Of a stretch of DNA of 64,000 bases, positions 1 through 9,796 are shown in pieces; position 1 is the first letter of the stretch; the number at the start of each line of letters is the position of its first letter. The notes under the pieces were generated by a model that had not been told where the DNA came from, did no database searches, and saw only the letters and a list, made by a program, of their open reading frames with translations. Where the stretch lies: contig JBNLCO010000010.1 in NCBI GenBank assembly GCA_050303855.1, positions 158,207 to 222,206 on the forward strand, given 5' to 3'. This stretch comes from Candidatus Pacearchaeota archaeon. Lineage in GTDB: Archaea > Nanobdellota > Nanobdellia > Pacearchaeales > GW2011-AR1. The position numbers and the translations under genes are program-made.

Positions 1-302
1 ACAACAATTACATTCTTTCCTGCACCCGAAGCTACACCATAAATCTGTTGTCTTCTAAAGGTATGTCTATTTACGCTATCGATTATTACCCCTTTCCCTT
101 TGGTTAAATAATCCATTGCAGTCCGATCAATAAGCCTTAAAGTTTCTTCTTGTTTCTTTGGCATTTTTTTTAGTCCTAAATTACGTCTTACTTCGTTTTG
201 AGAAATATATTCATAATTTTGGAGGCCTTTAGCCAATTTAGCAGAAGCACTAGTTTTACCTGTACCGGGGAAACCAGTCATCAAAATGAGGTAATTTTCC
301 AT
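1..302 (-). CDS. P-loop NTPase / AAA_33-like kinase, 5'-truncated by window edge
   Basis: Reverse-strand translation from ATG at 302 reads MENYLILMTGFPGTGKTSASAKLAKG..., with Walker A GxxGxGKT. The ORF runs off the window start. Confidence 0.5.
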   Translation of the reverse strand, partial: MENYLILMTGFPGTGKTSASAKLAKGLQNYEYISQNEVRRNLGLKKMPKKQEETLRLIDRTAMDYLTKGKGVIIDSVNRHTFRRQQIYGVASGAGKNVIV

Positions 303-324
303 ATAACCCCAATTTTTATTTAAT

Positions 325-1014
325 TTAAATAGATTTATGTCTTTGTTTAGAATGTTTTCTTCCATCTAAAATGAGTTCAGATTTTTTTTCTTTGTATGCA
401 GCAAATATTTCTTCTGAAACATATTTTGGATCCATGGAGTTTTCTCTACCAGGTCGAGTTCTTATTCTAGTTGGATAAACTCCCATCACATGTATTCCGT
501 TTTCAATTGCTTCCAAATTTAAGCTATCTGTGAAACCCTTAAGCCCGTATTTGCATGCTGAAGCCACGCTACGAAACTTTTTGCTTTCAAGGCCCATTAT
601 TGAGTTAATATTTATGATTGTTCCAGAGTTCTTCTTTAAAAAAAGAGGATAAATTTCCTTAGATAATTTTATTGGAGCATATAGATTTGTTTCGAGTAAT
701 TCGTCTACTGTTTCTCTGGATATTTTATCTAAGGGTAAACCAGGACAAAAAACCCCTGCATTATTTACTAAAATTGACAAGTCTTTTTTCTCTGCAATGT
801 TTGCCAAGTCCTTAATAGTCTTCTCGGATCTTAAATCTCCATAAACCACTTCCACCTTTGACCCGTATTTTAGTATTTCTCTCTGAGAATCATTTAAGCT
901 AGTTTTATCCCTTCCATGGATTATTAAATTGTAACCTTCTCTTGCAAAAGTTAAAGCTAATTCCTTTCCAAGACCTTTGCTAGAACCAGTTATCAGAACA
1001 GATTCTTTTTTCAT
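325..1014 (-). CDS. short-chain dehydrogenase/reductase (SDR) family oxidoreductase
   Basis: Has the TGSSKGLG NAD(P) motif, NNAG and a YxxxK catalytic region, typical of classical SDRs. Confidence 0.7.
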   Translation of the reverse strand: MKKESVLITGSSKGLGKELALTFAREGYNLIIHGRDKTSLNDSQREILKYGSKVEVVYGDLRSEKTIKDLANIAEKKDLSILVNNAGVFCPGLPLDKISRETVDELLETNLYAPIKLSKEIYPLFLKKNSGTIININSIMGLESKKFRSVASACKYGLKGFTDSLNLEAIENGIHVMGVYPTRIRTRPGRENSMDPKYVSEEIFAAYKEKKSELILDGRKHSKQRHKSI

Positions 1015-1018
1015 TTTT

Positions 1019-1930
1019 TTAATTCGAAGAATTTTTTGAATACCAATCCAAAGTTTTTACAATACCTTCTTCAAGCGGGACTTTTTGAGACCACCCAATT
1101 TCATTTGCTTTGGTACAATCTAAGGATAGATTCATCTTAATCGTAGGTTTTGTTGTATCATGCTCAATTTTCAAATTCTTTCCGGAGGCATTAATGATCT
1201 TCTTTGTTAAGTCATTAACTGGTACTTGCTCTCCAGATCCAACATTATAAACCCCATCAAGTTCTTTTTCAAGAGCAATTTCCACAAAATCTACAAAATC
1301 AGAAACATACAAGAAATCTCTTTTTTCTTTTCCATCTCCCCAAATTACAATGCTTTCTCCGTCTGGAGTATTAGTAACTTCATTAATTTTTGCTGCAAAA
1401 ACATGAGAAGTAGCCAAATCAAAATTATCGTTAGGTCCGTAAATATTGGAGTGTCTCATCACAGTATGTTTTGTTCTTCCCAATCCAGAATAAAAATTGC
1501 ACATATTTTCAAGATAAATCTTTGTACCTCCTCCACCTGAATATTTTACATTTGGAGAAGTGGGATCTGTTTCCTTATGGGGTTTATCGCTTGAAGGGTA
1601 AACATTTGTACAGCTTGGAAATATAAACTGTTTAACATTATTTTCAAAAGCACTTCTTAACAAAAGAGAATTCATTACTGCATTATCGGTTACATGAATA
1701 TAAGGCCTCTCTATTATATCTTTAACCCCTGTACTCGTAGCAGCCATTTGAATTATAACGTCTTGACCTTTTACTACCCTTTCAACGTCTTCTTTTCTAG
1801 TTAAATCGGCATATACATCTGATTTATTTCTAAATCCAACTCCTGTAACATCATATTTATCTTTTAGTCTTTCATATATGTTACTTCCTAAGAATCCTGT
1901 TGCTCCAGTTATTAACACTTTCTTTTTCAT
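1019..1930 (-). CDS. NAD-dependent sugar epimerase/dehydratase (extended SDR, GDP-fucose synthase-like)
   Basis: N-terminal VLITGATGFLGSNI Rossmann motif and extended-SDR length. Tightly packed with the neighbouring sugar genes. Confidence 0.7.
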   Translation of the reverse strand: MKKKVLITGATGFLGSNIYERLKDKYDVTGVGFRNKSDVYADLTRKEDVERVVKGQDVIIQMAATSTGVKDIIERPYIHVTDNAVMNSLLLRSAFENNVKQFIFPSCTNVYPSSDKPHKETDPTSPNVKYSGGGGTKIYLENMCNFYSGLGRTKHTVMRHSNIYGPNDNFDLATSHVFAAKINEVTNTPDGESIVIWGDGKEKRDFLYVSDFVDFVEIALEKELDGVYNVGSGEQVPVNDLTKKIINASGKNLKIEHDTTKPTIKMNLSLDCTKANEIGWSQKVPLEEGIVKTLDWYSKNSSN

Positions 1931-1967
1931 TATATATCTTCCTTTACTTTTTACTTTTTATATTTTA

Positions 1968-2948
1968 TCATTCAAAGATATTATATCTTTTATTTACAAT
2001 ATCTTTATTTTCTTTATACCAATCCATTGTTCTCCGAACTCCCTCTTCTAGAGATACTTTTGGATTCCATCCAAGAGACTTTGCTCTTGATACATCCATT
2101 AACCTTATTTTATCTCCTCTTGGCATAGAAGGATCCCATTTTATGGAGGGTTTTCCTTCAATGTTATTTACAATTATATTTGCTAATTCTTTTATGCTCT
2201 TTCTTTCCCCTGATCCAAGATTTAAAGGGTAGTCTGGGCCTGGAGCCTTTTCTAAAGCCACAAGCATTCCTTCAGCAACATCCTCTGAATAAATGAAATC
2301 TCTTATTGGACTTCCATCTCCTCCTACTTTAAGGGGATTTTCTCCATCAACAGCCCTTTTTATCAATGAAGGTATTACCATTGCGTTATTCACATCAAAG
2401 TTATCAAAAGGCCCGTAGACATTTGCAGGTCTTACTATTGCTGTTTTATCCCACCCATGTTGAATTTTATATGCCCTTGCTTGTAATTCACCAGATCTCT
2501 TTGCATAACCCCCAAACAAATCATTCTCGGAAGGAAGCGTTTTGAAAACGTCATCCTCTCTCAAAATTTCGGCAGGTTGATAAACACCTATTGTGCTTGT
2601 AAACAAGAATCTTTCTGTCCCCTCTTTTCTAGCAGCTTCCATCAAATTTGTATTAAATTGGAGAACAGGAACAAGAAAATTAGCTGGTTTTTCCAAGGTC
2701 ATTTTTGGAGAACCTTTTATTCCAAGAAGATTAAAAACATAATCCTGTCCTTCGCAAGCAATTTCACAGTTGTGATAATTGGTTAGATCAAGTTTCAAAT
2801 ATTCTGAATTGGGATTTGCCCTTGAAGGATCATCCATTGAAACAACTCTTACATTTGCACCTTCCTCAAGAAGTCTATTTACTAGAGGCTTTCCAATAAG
2901 TCCGGTTCCCCCTGCGACAAGAACGTTTTTTCCCTCATAAAAACCCAT
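1968..2948 (-). CDS. NAD-dependent epimerase/dehydratase (NDP-sugar 4,6-dehydratase/decarboxylase-like)
   Basis: VLVAGGTGLIGKPL Rossmann motif, 326 aa extended SDR. Confidence 0.65.
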   Translation of the reverse strand: MGFYEGKNVLVAGGTGLIGKPLVNRLLEEGANVRVVSMDDPSRANPNSEYLKLDLTNYHNCEIACEGQDYVFNLLGIKGSPKMTLEKPANFLVPVLQFNTNLMEAARKEGTERFLFTSTIGVYQPAEILREDDVFKTLPSENDLFGGYAKRSGELQARAYKIQHGWDKTAIVRPANVYGPFDNFDVNNAMVIPSLIKRAVDGENPLKVGGDGSPIRDFIYSEDVAEGMLVALEKAPGPDYPLNLGSGERKSIKELANIIVNNIEGKPSIKWDPSMPRGDKIRLMDVSRAKSLGWNPKVSLEEGVRRTMDWYKENKDIVNKRYNIFE

Positions 2949-3059
2949 AAAGAGATGTATTTCCTTTTCTTTTTAAGGATTTGTTTTATTGATAGTATAT
3001 TTACAAAACATACAGAAAAGAACAATTAATTTTATAAACAATTATAGCCCAGGTTCAGG

Positions 3060-4190
3060 ATGGGAATTTCTTTTGGAGATTTGAGAGTCAGTAAGGAGTC
3101 TAGAAAACATCTTGAAGACTGTCTCAATAATAATATGATTTCTGGAGGAGATAAAGTGAAAATCTTGGAGGATTCTTGGGGAAAACTTTTTGGATATAAA
3201 TATAATGTTGCTATGGGTTCTGGAACAGATGCAGATATGGCTGCTGCAATGACTCTTTATGATACAGTGGAAGCCAAACCAGGTGATGAGGTTATCGTTC
3301 CTGCTCTTGCATTTGCAGCCGTAGGGAATAGTGTAAGAGCTGCAGGTTTTACACCTAAATTTGTTGACATAGAAAGAGAAACATTAAACATCAACCCTGA
3401 TTTGATTGAAGAAAAAATAACTCCAAAAACAAAGGCCATAATGGCAGTCCATACAATGGGAAAACCAAATGAGATGGACAAAATAACTCAAATTGCAAAC
3501 AAGTATAACCTAAGGGTTTTAGAAGATTGTTGTGAATCTCATGGGGGAGAATATAAGGGGAAGTTTTTAGGTAGCTTTGGGGATGCATCTGCATTTAGTT
3601 TTTATGTTGCACACATTGTTTCTTGTGGTGATGGAGGCATGCTTTCAACAAACTCTGAAGAGATAAGCGATTTAGCCGATTCAGTAAAACACCACGGAAG
3701 AAAACCTAGAACAATTTATTTTGATCATCCAAGATTTGGTATGAATTTTAGGATGAATGCCTTGACAGCTTCCATAGGCATCCCCGAAATACAAAATTTT
3801 TGGAAGATTTTTGATAAAAGAAAAGGCAATTTGAATTATTTACTGGATTCAACAAAAGACCTTCAGGATTTTGCTTATTTTGTTAAGGAGGAACCTCATG
3901 AGGTTGTCTCTCCTCACGCTTTTAGTATAACTCTTAAAAATCCGGATCACGATTTCAAAGGATTGTATGCATTCTTAGAAAAAAATGATATAGAATGTAA
4001 AAGAAACTTCGGGAGTATGCCAACACAGCATAAAGCTTTTGAATATCTTGGATACAAGAAAGGTGAATTTCCTGAAGCAGAGTATGTTGGAGATAATGGG
4101 TTGCATTTTGGAATCCATCAATTCTTAGAAAAGAGTGATTTAGATTATGCTTCAGAAAAAATCCACGAATATTTTAAAAAATTTAAATAA
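3060..4190 (+). CDS. DegT/DnrJ/EryC1/StrS-family PLP-dependent sugar aminotransferase
   Basis: Family-typical stretches: GDEVIVPALAFAAVGNSV, and the PLP-lysine region FSFYVAHIVSCGDGG. Confidence 0.75.
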   Translation: MGISFGDLRVSKESRKHLEDCLNNNMISGGDKVKILEDSWGKLFGYKYNVAMGSGTDADMAAAMTLYDTVEAKPGDEVIVPALAFAAVGNSVRAAGFTPKFVDIERETLNINPDLIEEKITPKTKAIMAVHTMGKPNEMDKITQIANKYNLRVLEDCCESHGGEYKGKFLGSFGDASAFSFYVAHIVSCGDGGMLSTNSEEISDLADSVKHHGRKPRTIYFDHPRFGMNFRMNALTASIGIPEIQNFWKIFDKRKGNLNYLLDSTKDLQDFAYFVKEEPHEVVSPHAFSITLKNPDHDFKGLYAFLEKNDIECKRNFGSMPTQHKAFEYLGYKKGEFPEAEYVGDNGLHFGIHQFLEKSDLDYASEKIHEYFKKFK

Positions 4191-4196
4191 AAAAAT

Positions 4197-5054
4197 TTAT
4201 TTTTTAGAATCTAAAGATTGAATATAGTTCTTTATTTCATTCAAATTGTCTTCGGATATTTTGTAGAAAAGGTTTTCTTCGGGAAAACTTCCAGATCTTA
4301 TTTCGTTTACATAACTAGACAAACCTTTCTTCATTTCACTTCCAACATCTGAGAATTGTTTTACAAACTTAGCTTTTATTCCGCCTAAACCAACCACATC
4401 GTTAACTATTGCCAAGATACCGTCTACGTTTTTTCCAGCCCCGATTCCGTAAACAGGAATGTTCAAAGATTTTGCGATATATCCTGCAGGTTCATTTGGA
4501 ACAGCTTCCAAAAGTATTGCGCAAGCTCCCGCGTCCTGTAATGCTTTTGAATCATTATAGAGGGTTTTGAATCCGTCTAAACTTTTTGATTGTACAACCC
4601 CCATTAGATCTGTTGATTGGGGTGTATATCCTATATGCCCTATTGTCGCTATCCCAGCATCTTTCAAGGCCTTTACTCTTTGAGTTACTCTTTCTCCCCC
4701 TTCAAGCTTAACTGCATCAACACCTGCTTCTTTCATAAATCTTAATGCATTGAAAGTTGCATTTTCATTAGAAATTTGGTAAGAACCTAAAGGCATATCC
4801 CCCACAATAAAAGTATTTGGAGCTCCTCTACGGACTGCTTTTGTTAACATGATCATCTCATCCATTGTTACTGGAATAGTATTTTCATAACCTAGAAGAT
4901 TATTTCCTGCAGAATCTCCAACAAGGATCATATCCACTCCAGACTCTTCAGCTATTCTTGCTGTTTGAAAATCATAAGAAGTTATCCATGTGACTTTTTC
5001 CCCTTTTTTTTTCATCTTTACAAGATCTCCGAGGGTTTTTCTCTTTCCTTCCAT
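4197..5054 (-). CDS. panB: 3-methyl-2-oxobutanoate hydroxymethyltransferase (ketopantoate hydroxymethyltransferase)
   Basis: ITSYDFQTARIAEESGVDMILVGDSAGNN and the PLGSY motif are strongly PanB-like, 285 aa. Confidence 0.8.
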   Translation of the reverse strand: MEGKRKTLGDLVKMKKKGEKVTWITSYDFQTARIAEESGVDMILVGDSAGNNLLGYENTIPVTMDEMIMLTKAVRRGAPNTFIVGDMPLGSYQISNENATFNALRFMKEAGVDAVKLEGGERVTQRVKALKDAGIATIGHIGYTPQSTDLMGVVQSKSLDGFKTLYNDSKALQDAGACAILLEAVPNEPAGYIAKSLNIPVYGIGAGKNVDGILAIVNDVVGLGGIKAKFVKQFSDVGSEMKKGLSSYVNEIRSGSFPEENLFYKISEDNLNEIKNYIQSLDSKK

Positions 5055-5280
5055 ATTCTTTGGTACAGGCTATTCTTTTTAAAATTAATTATATCCTAAA
5101 ATACACTAAATAAAGGATGCTTTGATAAATTCAATTGTTTAACTAAGTTTTAGATTAAATTTATAACAATCCTTTTGGAAAAAATGTCTTTTACCCTATA
5201 AATATTTATAAACAATTTTCTTATTATTGGAAAATGAGGTTTATCATCTTTTTGAATAAAGTATTGATTGCAGGCAAAAG

Positions 5281-7326
5281 ATGAAAGCATTGATACTTGC
5301 AGGAGGATTTGGTACCCGACTTCAAGGGGTTGTTAAAGATGTTCCAAAACCAATGGCCTCTATTGCGGGAAAACCTTTTTTGGAGCATCAGATACGTTAT
5401 TTGAAAAGACAAGGAATTAACGAATTTATCTTGGGAGTTCATTATAAATCAGATGTCATAAAATCTTATTTTGGCAACGGTATGAGGCAAGATGTAAGCA
5501 TAACTTATTCTGAAGAGGATTCTCCTCTTGGAACAGGGGGAGCAATAAAACTCGCGCAGAAATTCATTGACGGGCCATTTTTAGTTTTGAATGGGGACTC
5601 GTATACTGATTTGGATCTGGGCAAATTTATGAGATTCCATGAAAAAAATAATTCTGTTGCAAGCATGGTCTTGCAAAAAATGGAAAAGGATAATTCCCAC
5701 TATGGAAATGTTGAATTAGAAGGGGATACAATAAAGAGATATTCCGAAAAAAAATCAGTTGGCAAAGGACTGTCCAATTCAGGAATCTATTTATTTGATC
5801 AAGAGATATTTGACTACATTCCTGGATCTAAAAAGATTTCTTTGGAAGAAAGAGTGTTTCCTGAACTGGTAAAGAAGGGTGCTATTTCTGGATTTGTCAA
5901 CAAAGGTTATTTTGTCGATATCGGAAGACCCGAGACCTATCTTCAATTTAAAAAAGATTTTATTGAGAAATTGCAATCTTCAAAAGACATTATTTTAAGA
6001 GATGCTATAAAAAAGATGTATGAAAATGGTTCAGACATATTGTTTATGGTTAATGAAGAGAAAGAATTTCAAGGTTTGCTAACAGATGGAATTATTAAAA
6101 GATACCTAATAAGAGGGGGAGAATTTGAAGCAGGAGTTGATGAAGCCATGATAGAAAAACCAGAAAGGATTGCTACAATAAAAGACAGTGAGGATAAAAT
6201 AAGAGGTTTCTTAAAAGAAGGGGTCAAGAATCTTCCAATACTGGACGAACAAGGAAAAATATACGATATTCGATTTAGAACCGAAGAGGTAAAAGGAGAA
6301 GAATATCCAACCATTAGAGGTAAAACTCCTTTGAGAATAAGTTTTGCAGGAGGCGGTACAGATATGCCCTATTTTTTTGAGAAATACGGAGGGGCTGTAA
6401 TAAGCACAACTATTGATAAGTATTGCAACATTACTGCAAAAAAAAGAGGGGATTCCAAAATCGTAATTAATTCGGATATTTTAGAGGAGGAAGTGATTTT
6501 GGATGCCGGGAATTTAAAATATGATAGAAGTAAATTTGATCTAGTAAAATCAGTATATAATCTTGTAAACCCGGGGTGTGGTGTTGATCTCCATTTGAAT
6601 AATGACGTACCTCCAGGAAGAGGTCTTGGTTCATCTGCATCATTTGCAGTTCTTTTAACTAAAATTTTGGGCAAGCTAAAAGGGAGTAATTTGAGTGATG
6701 AGGAAGTTGCAGAATTTGCTTATAGAGCAGAAGTTGAAGAATTGGGAATAAGAGGAGGCAAGCAAGATCAATACGCTGCAGTATTTGGAGGATTTAATTG
6801 GATGGAATTTGAAAATGGAAATAGAAAAATAATGACATCCCTTAGAATAAAAGAAGATACTTTGAATGAATTGAAAGATCATTTAACTTTATGCTACACT
6901 GGCAAAGAACATGAATCAATCCATCAACAGAAGTTATTGGAAGACAAATTTAAAAAAGAGAACCAGAGTGCAATTGAAAGGCTAAAAAGAATGAAACTTA
7001 ATGCACGAGAAATAAAGAATTATCTTCTATCTCCGACCCCCGATTTTCAAAGGATAGGCGAGATAACCCATAAAATCTGGACAGATAAAAAGAAGACTTC
7101 TTCGAAAGTAACCAGCAAAGTTATTGAAAACCTTTATGAAGTGGGAATGACTAATGGATCATATGGAGGTAAGCTTTTAGGTTCTGGTGGGGGAGGCTAC
7201 TTGTTATTTTTCCATCCTCCAGAAAAAAGGAACAAATTAGAGAGAGGATTATCTCAGGAAGGTGGAGAAATCATGAACTTCAATTTTACTGAAGATGGTG
7301 CCAAGATATGGGTTCCGAACAAATAA
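5281..7326 (+). CDS. tri-domain fusion: sugar-1-phosphate nucleotidyltransferase + CBS pair + GHMP-family sugar kinase
   Basis: N-terminal MKALILAGGFGTRLQ (NTP-transferase). The middle has two CBS-like repeats (DIILRDAIKKM... and ...KDSEDKIRGFL). The C-terminus has the GHMP kinase motif PPGRGLGSSASFAVLL. Confidence 0.7.
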   Translation: MKALILAGGFGTRLQGVVKDVPKPMASIAGKPFLEHQIRYLKRQGINEFILGVHYKSDVIKSYFGNGMRQDVSITYSEEDSPLGTGGAIKLAQKFIDGPFLVLNGDSYTDLDLGKFMRFHEKNNSVASMVLQKMEKDNSHYGNVELEGDTIKRYSEKKSVGKGLSNSGIYLFDQEIFDYIPGSKKISLEERVFPELVKKGAISGFVNKGYFVDIGRPETYLQFKKDFIEKLQSSKDIILRDAIKKMYENGSDILFMVNEEKEFQGLLTDGIIKRYLIRGGEFEAGVDEAMIEKPERIATIKDSEDKIRGFLKEGVKNLPILDEQGKIYDIRFRTEEVKGEEYPTIRGKTPLRISFAGGGTDMPYFFEKYGGAVISTTIDKYCNITAKKRGDSKIVINSDILEEEVILDAGNLKYDRSKFDLVKSVYNLVNPGCGVDLHLNNDVPPGRGLGSSASFAVLLTKILGKLKGSNLSDEEVAEFAYRAEVEELGIRGGKQDQYAAVFGGFNWMEFENGNRKIMTSLRIKEDTLNELKDHLTLCYTGKEHESIHQQKLLEDKFKKENQSAIERLKRMKLNAREIKNYLLSPTPDFQRIGEITHKIWTDKKKTSSKVTSKVIENLYEVGMTNGSYGGKLLGSGGGGYLLFFHPPEKRNKLERGLSQEGGEIMNFNFTEDGAKIWVPNK

Positions 7327-7327
7327 A

Positions 7328-8200
7328 ATGAATAATAATAAATCCAAGAAATTTGATTTGAATACTCCTGTTTTATTTTTAGTATTTAATCGATTAAATT
7401 CTACAAAAAAAGTTTTTGAAGAAATTAAGAAAGCTAAGCCAAAAAAAATATTCATAGCTGCAGATGGGCCTCGGAATCAAGAAGAAAAATCTAAGACAGA
7501 TTCTGTTAGAGAATATATTATAAAAAACATTAAATGGAAATGTCAGGTCAAAACTCTTTTTCGGGAAAAAAACCTTGGTTGCAAATATGCAGTATCTTCC
7601 GCGATTGATTGGTTCTTCAAAAATGTTGAAAGAGGGATTATATTAGAGGATGATTGTTTGCCTAACCAAAGTTTCTTTAGATTTTGTCAAGAAATGCTTG
7701 AAAAATACAGGGATAACGAGAAAATAATGCATGTTTCAGGGACCAATATTGAAGAAGTCTCAAAAATTCCAGAGAGTTATTTCCTCTCAAGATGCACCAA
7801 CGTTTGGGGATGGGCTACATGGAGAAGAGCTTGGAAAGATTATGATGTTGAAATGAGAAAATGGCCAATTTGGAAAATAAAAATTCTTGGTCTGATGAAA
7901 AATTATGGACTATTTAACAAAATAAAATCTTGGAGGTTGTATGAATTAACTTATAGAAATAAGATAAATACGTGGGACTACCAATGGGATTTCTTATGTA
8001 GAATAAAAAAAGGACTAAGCATTGTTCCAAAGGTTAATTTGATAACCAATCTCGGTTTTATTGAAGGAACCCATACAGTCAATTATCAAAAAAATGAAAA
8101 AACATTAAAGAGGAGAGAGCTAAAATTCCCTTTAGAATCCAGAAAAATCAATATTTTGGAAGAATATCAGAAGAAATATTTTAGATTCTTTGGGAAATAA
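7328..8200 (+). CDS. nucleotide-diphospho-sugar transferase (HlpA-like), start ambiguous (7295 or 7328)
   Basis: PVLFLVFNRLNSTKKVFEEIKKAKPKKIFIAADGPR resembles HlpA-like sugar transferases. ATG at 7328 avoids overlap with the upstream gene. Confidence 0.45.
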   Translation: MNNNKSKKFDLNTPVLFLVFNRLNSTKKVFEEIKKAKPKKIFIAADGPRNQEEKSKTDSVREYIIKNIKWKCQVKTLFREKNLGCKYAVSSAIDWFFKNVERGIILEDDCLPNQSFFRFCQEMLEKYRDNEKIMHVSGTNIEEVSKIPESYFLSRCTNVWGWATWRRAWKDYDVEMRKWPIWKIKILGLMKNYGLFNKIKSWRLYELTYRNKINTWDYQWDFLCRIKKGLSIVPKVNLITNLGFIEGTHTVNYQKNEKTLKRRELKFPLESRKINILEEYQKKYFRFFGK

Positions 8201-8237
8201 GGAATATTTTTAAAAAGTGTATGGAATTGGTTAATCA

Positions 8238-8891
8238 ATGGTCGAAAAGCTTAGGGGAGATTATTCACTCCATACTTTCAAAAAAGAAATTTTTAGAAGA
8301 GTTCCAAGAAATTCTAAGGTTTTGGAAGTTGGATGTAATTTTGGTCTTTTAGGAAAAGCCCTTAAAGATAAAAAAGAATGTACTGTTTACGGTATAGAGA
8401 TTTATGAGCCTGCTCTGAAGAAGGCTAAAGAGAATCTTGATTTAGCAAAGAAAGTAGATTTGGAAGATTATTCTTTACCATTTAAGGAGAAATTTGATGT
8501 AATAATCTTTGAAGATGTTCTCGAGCATATACGATACCCAGAAGTTACACTTAAATTATATAGGGATATGCTTACCCCAAAAGGAAAAATCATCATATCT
8601 CTTCCAAATGTTGCAAACATAAAAATTAGATTTAAACTTTTATTTGGAAAATGGGACTATGAAGATGAAGGGATACTAGACAAAAGTCATTTTAAATTTT
8701 ATACAAGAAAAACTTCTCTTCTTCTCCTAAGAAATGCAGGCTACTCTGCAAAAATAGTAGACTTTACTCCAGGTTTTAGTTTTATATTTTTTAGGTTTTA
8801 CCCCTTATTAAAGAGAATAAGGAAGGTTCTATGTTCAATAAACCCAAAATTATTTTCACAACAGTTTATCCTAGAAGGAAAATTAAGATGA
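8238..8891 (+). CDS. class I SAM-dependent methyltransferase
   Basis: VLEVGCNFGLL motif I and DVIIFEDVLEH motif. Confidence 0.65.
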   Translation: MVEKLRGDYSLHTFKKEIFRRVPRNSKVLEVGCNFGLLGKALKDKKECTVYGIEIYEPALKKAKENLDLAKKVDLEDYSLPFKEKFDVIIFEDVLEHIRYPEVTLKLYRDMLTPKGKIIISLPNVANIKIRFKLLFGKWDYEDEGILDKSHFKFYTRKTSLLLLRNAGYSAKIVDFTPGFSFIFFRFYPLLKRIRKVLCSINPKLFSQQFILEGKLR

Positions 8892-9772
8892 AATCCAAAC
8901 CATTTGTAAATATTGTATTGCTAAATTTAAACAATTATTTGGATACAGTAGAATGTTTGGATTCGATTAAAAATATAGAATATAAGAAATGGGGCATAAC
9001 GCTTTTAGATAATGGATCTACAGACAATTCTTTTGATAAGTTGAAGAAGAAATATGGAAAGAACAAGAAAATAAAATTCATGTCAAACAAAACAAACTTA
9101 GGATTTGCTAAAGCAAACAATCAGGCTATGAAAAAGGACCTATTTGACTCTGATTATTTTCTTTTGTTAAATAATGATACAATTGTTAAGAGAGATTTTT
9201 TAACAAAACTTGTTCATGAAGAAAAAGATCTAATTTCTCCTTTAATTTACAACTACTATTCTAAGAAAGAATTGAGTAGAAACGATTTTCCAGGAAAATT
9301 CAATCTTTTTATTGGAGGGGGGAGAGCAATCAACCCTGTGAGAGATAAAACAACCAAGGTAGATTATGCTTCAGGGTGTTGTTGGTTAATAAAGAAGTCA
9401 TTATTCAAAGAAACAAACGGGTTTAACGAGGAATATTTTGCATATAATGAGGAAGTTGAGTGGGCGTATAGGTTGAGAAAATCAGGCTATCAATTTTACT
9501 TGTCCGGCCATTCAAAGATCTGGCACAAAGGGGCAAAAACCTCTTCTAAAATATCAGGTTTCAAAATGAAATTTATGAACCGAAATATAATCTGGTTTGA
9601 AAAAAAATATGCCGGATGGAAATATCCTATTTTCCTAATATATTTATTTTTATATAGGGTTCCAAAGAACATTATTAAGATTATCGTCTCGAGGAAAGAA
9701 GTTGTTAAAAACATAAAGAGTTTTTTTTCAGGTCTTGGAGAAGGTTTATTTTCAAAAGAGGTAAATCAATAA
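8888..9772 (+). CDS. family 2 glycosyltransferase
   Basis: VNIVLLNLNNYLDTVECLDSI...LLDNGSTDNS is the GT2 N-terminal pattern. A 4-nt overlap with the upstream gene suggests an operon. Confidence 0.7.
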   Translation: MKSKPFVNIVLLNLNNYLDTVECLDSIKNIEYKKWGITLLDNGSTDNSFDKLKKKYGKNKKIKFMSNKTNLGFAKANNQAMKKDLFDSDYFLLLNNDTIVKRDFLTKLVHEEKDLISPLIYNYYSKKELSRNDFPGKFNLFIGGGRAINPVRDKTTKVDYASGCCWLIKKSLFKETNGFNEEYFAYNEEVEWAYRLRKSGYQFYLSGHSKIWHKGAKTSSKISGFKMKFMNRNIIWFEKKYAGWKYPIFLIYLFLYRVPKNIIKIIVSRKEVVKNIKSFFSGLGEGLFSKEVNQ

Positions 9773-9796
9773 AAACCCTTTTTTACTGAAGAAAGT

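Noticed and set aside
1226-1540. Numerous 60-150-aa antisense or alternative-frame ORFs inside long genes
   Set aside because: They are embedded in well-supported CDSs with strong homology on the other strand or frame. The examples are 1226-1540, 2577-2786, 3257-3594, 5791-6882, 15212-15430, 31278-31535, 38236-38934, 41285-41737, 43463-43693, 46275-47314 and 49117-50367. They have AT-rich random-ORF composition.
7295-7327. Upstream start (7295) of the HlpA-like transferase overlapping the fusion-enzyme gene by 32 nt
   Set aside because: The ATG at 7328 removes the overlap and immediately precedes the Lys-rich N-terminus. The longer form cannot be excluded.
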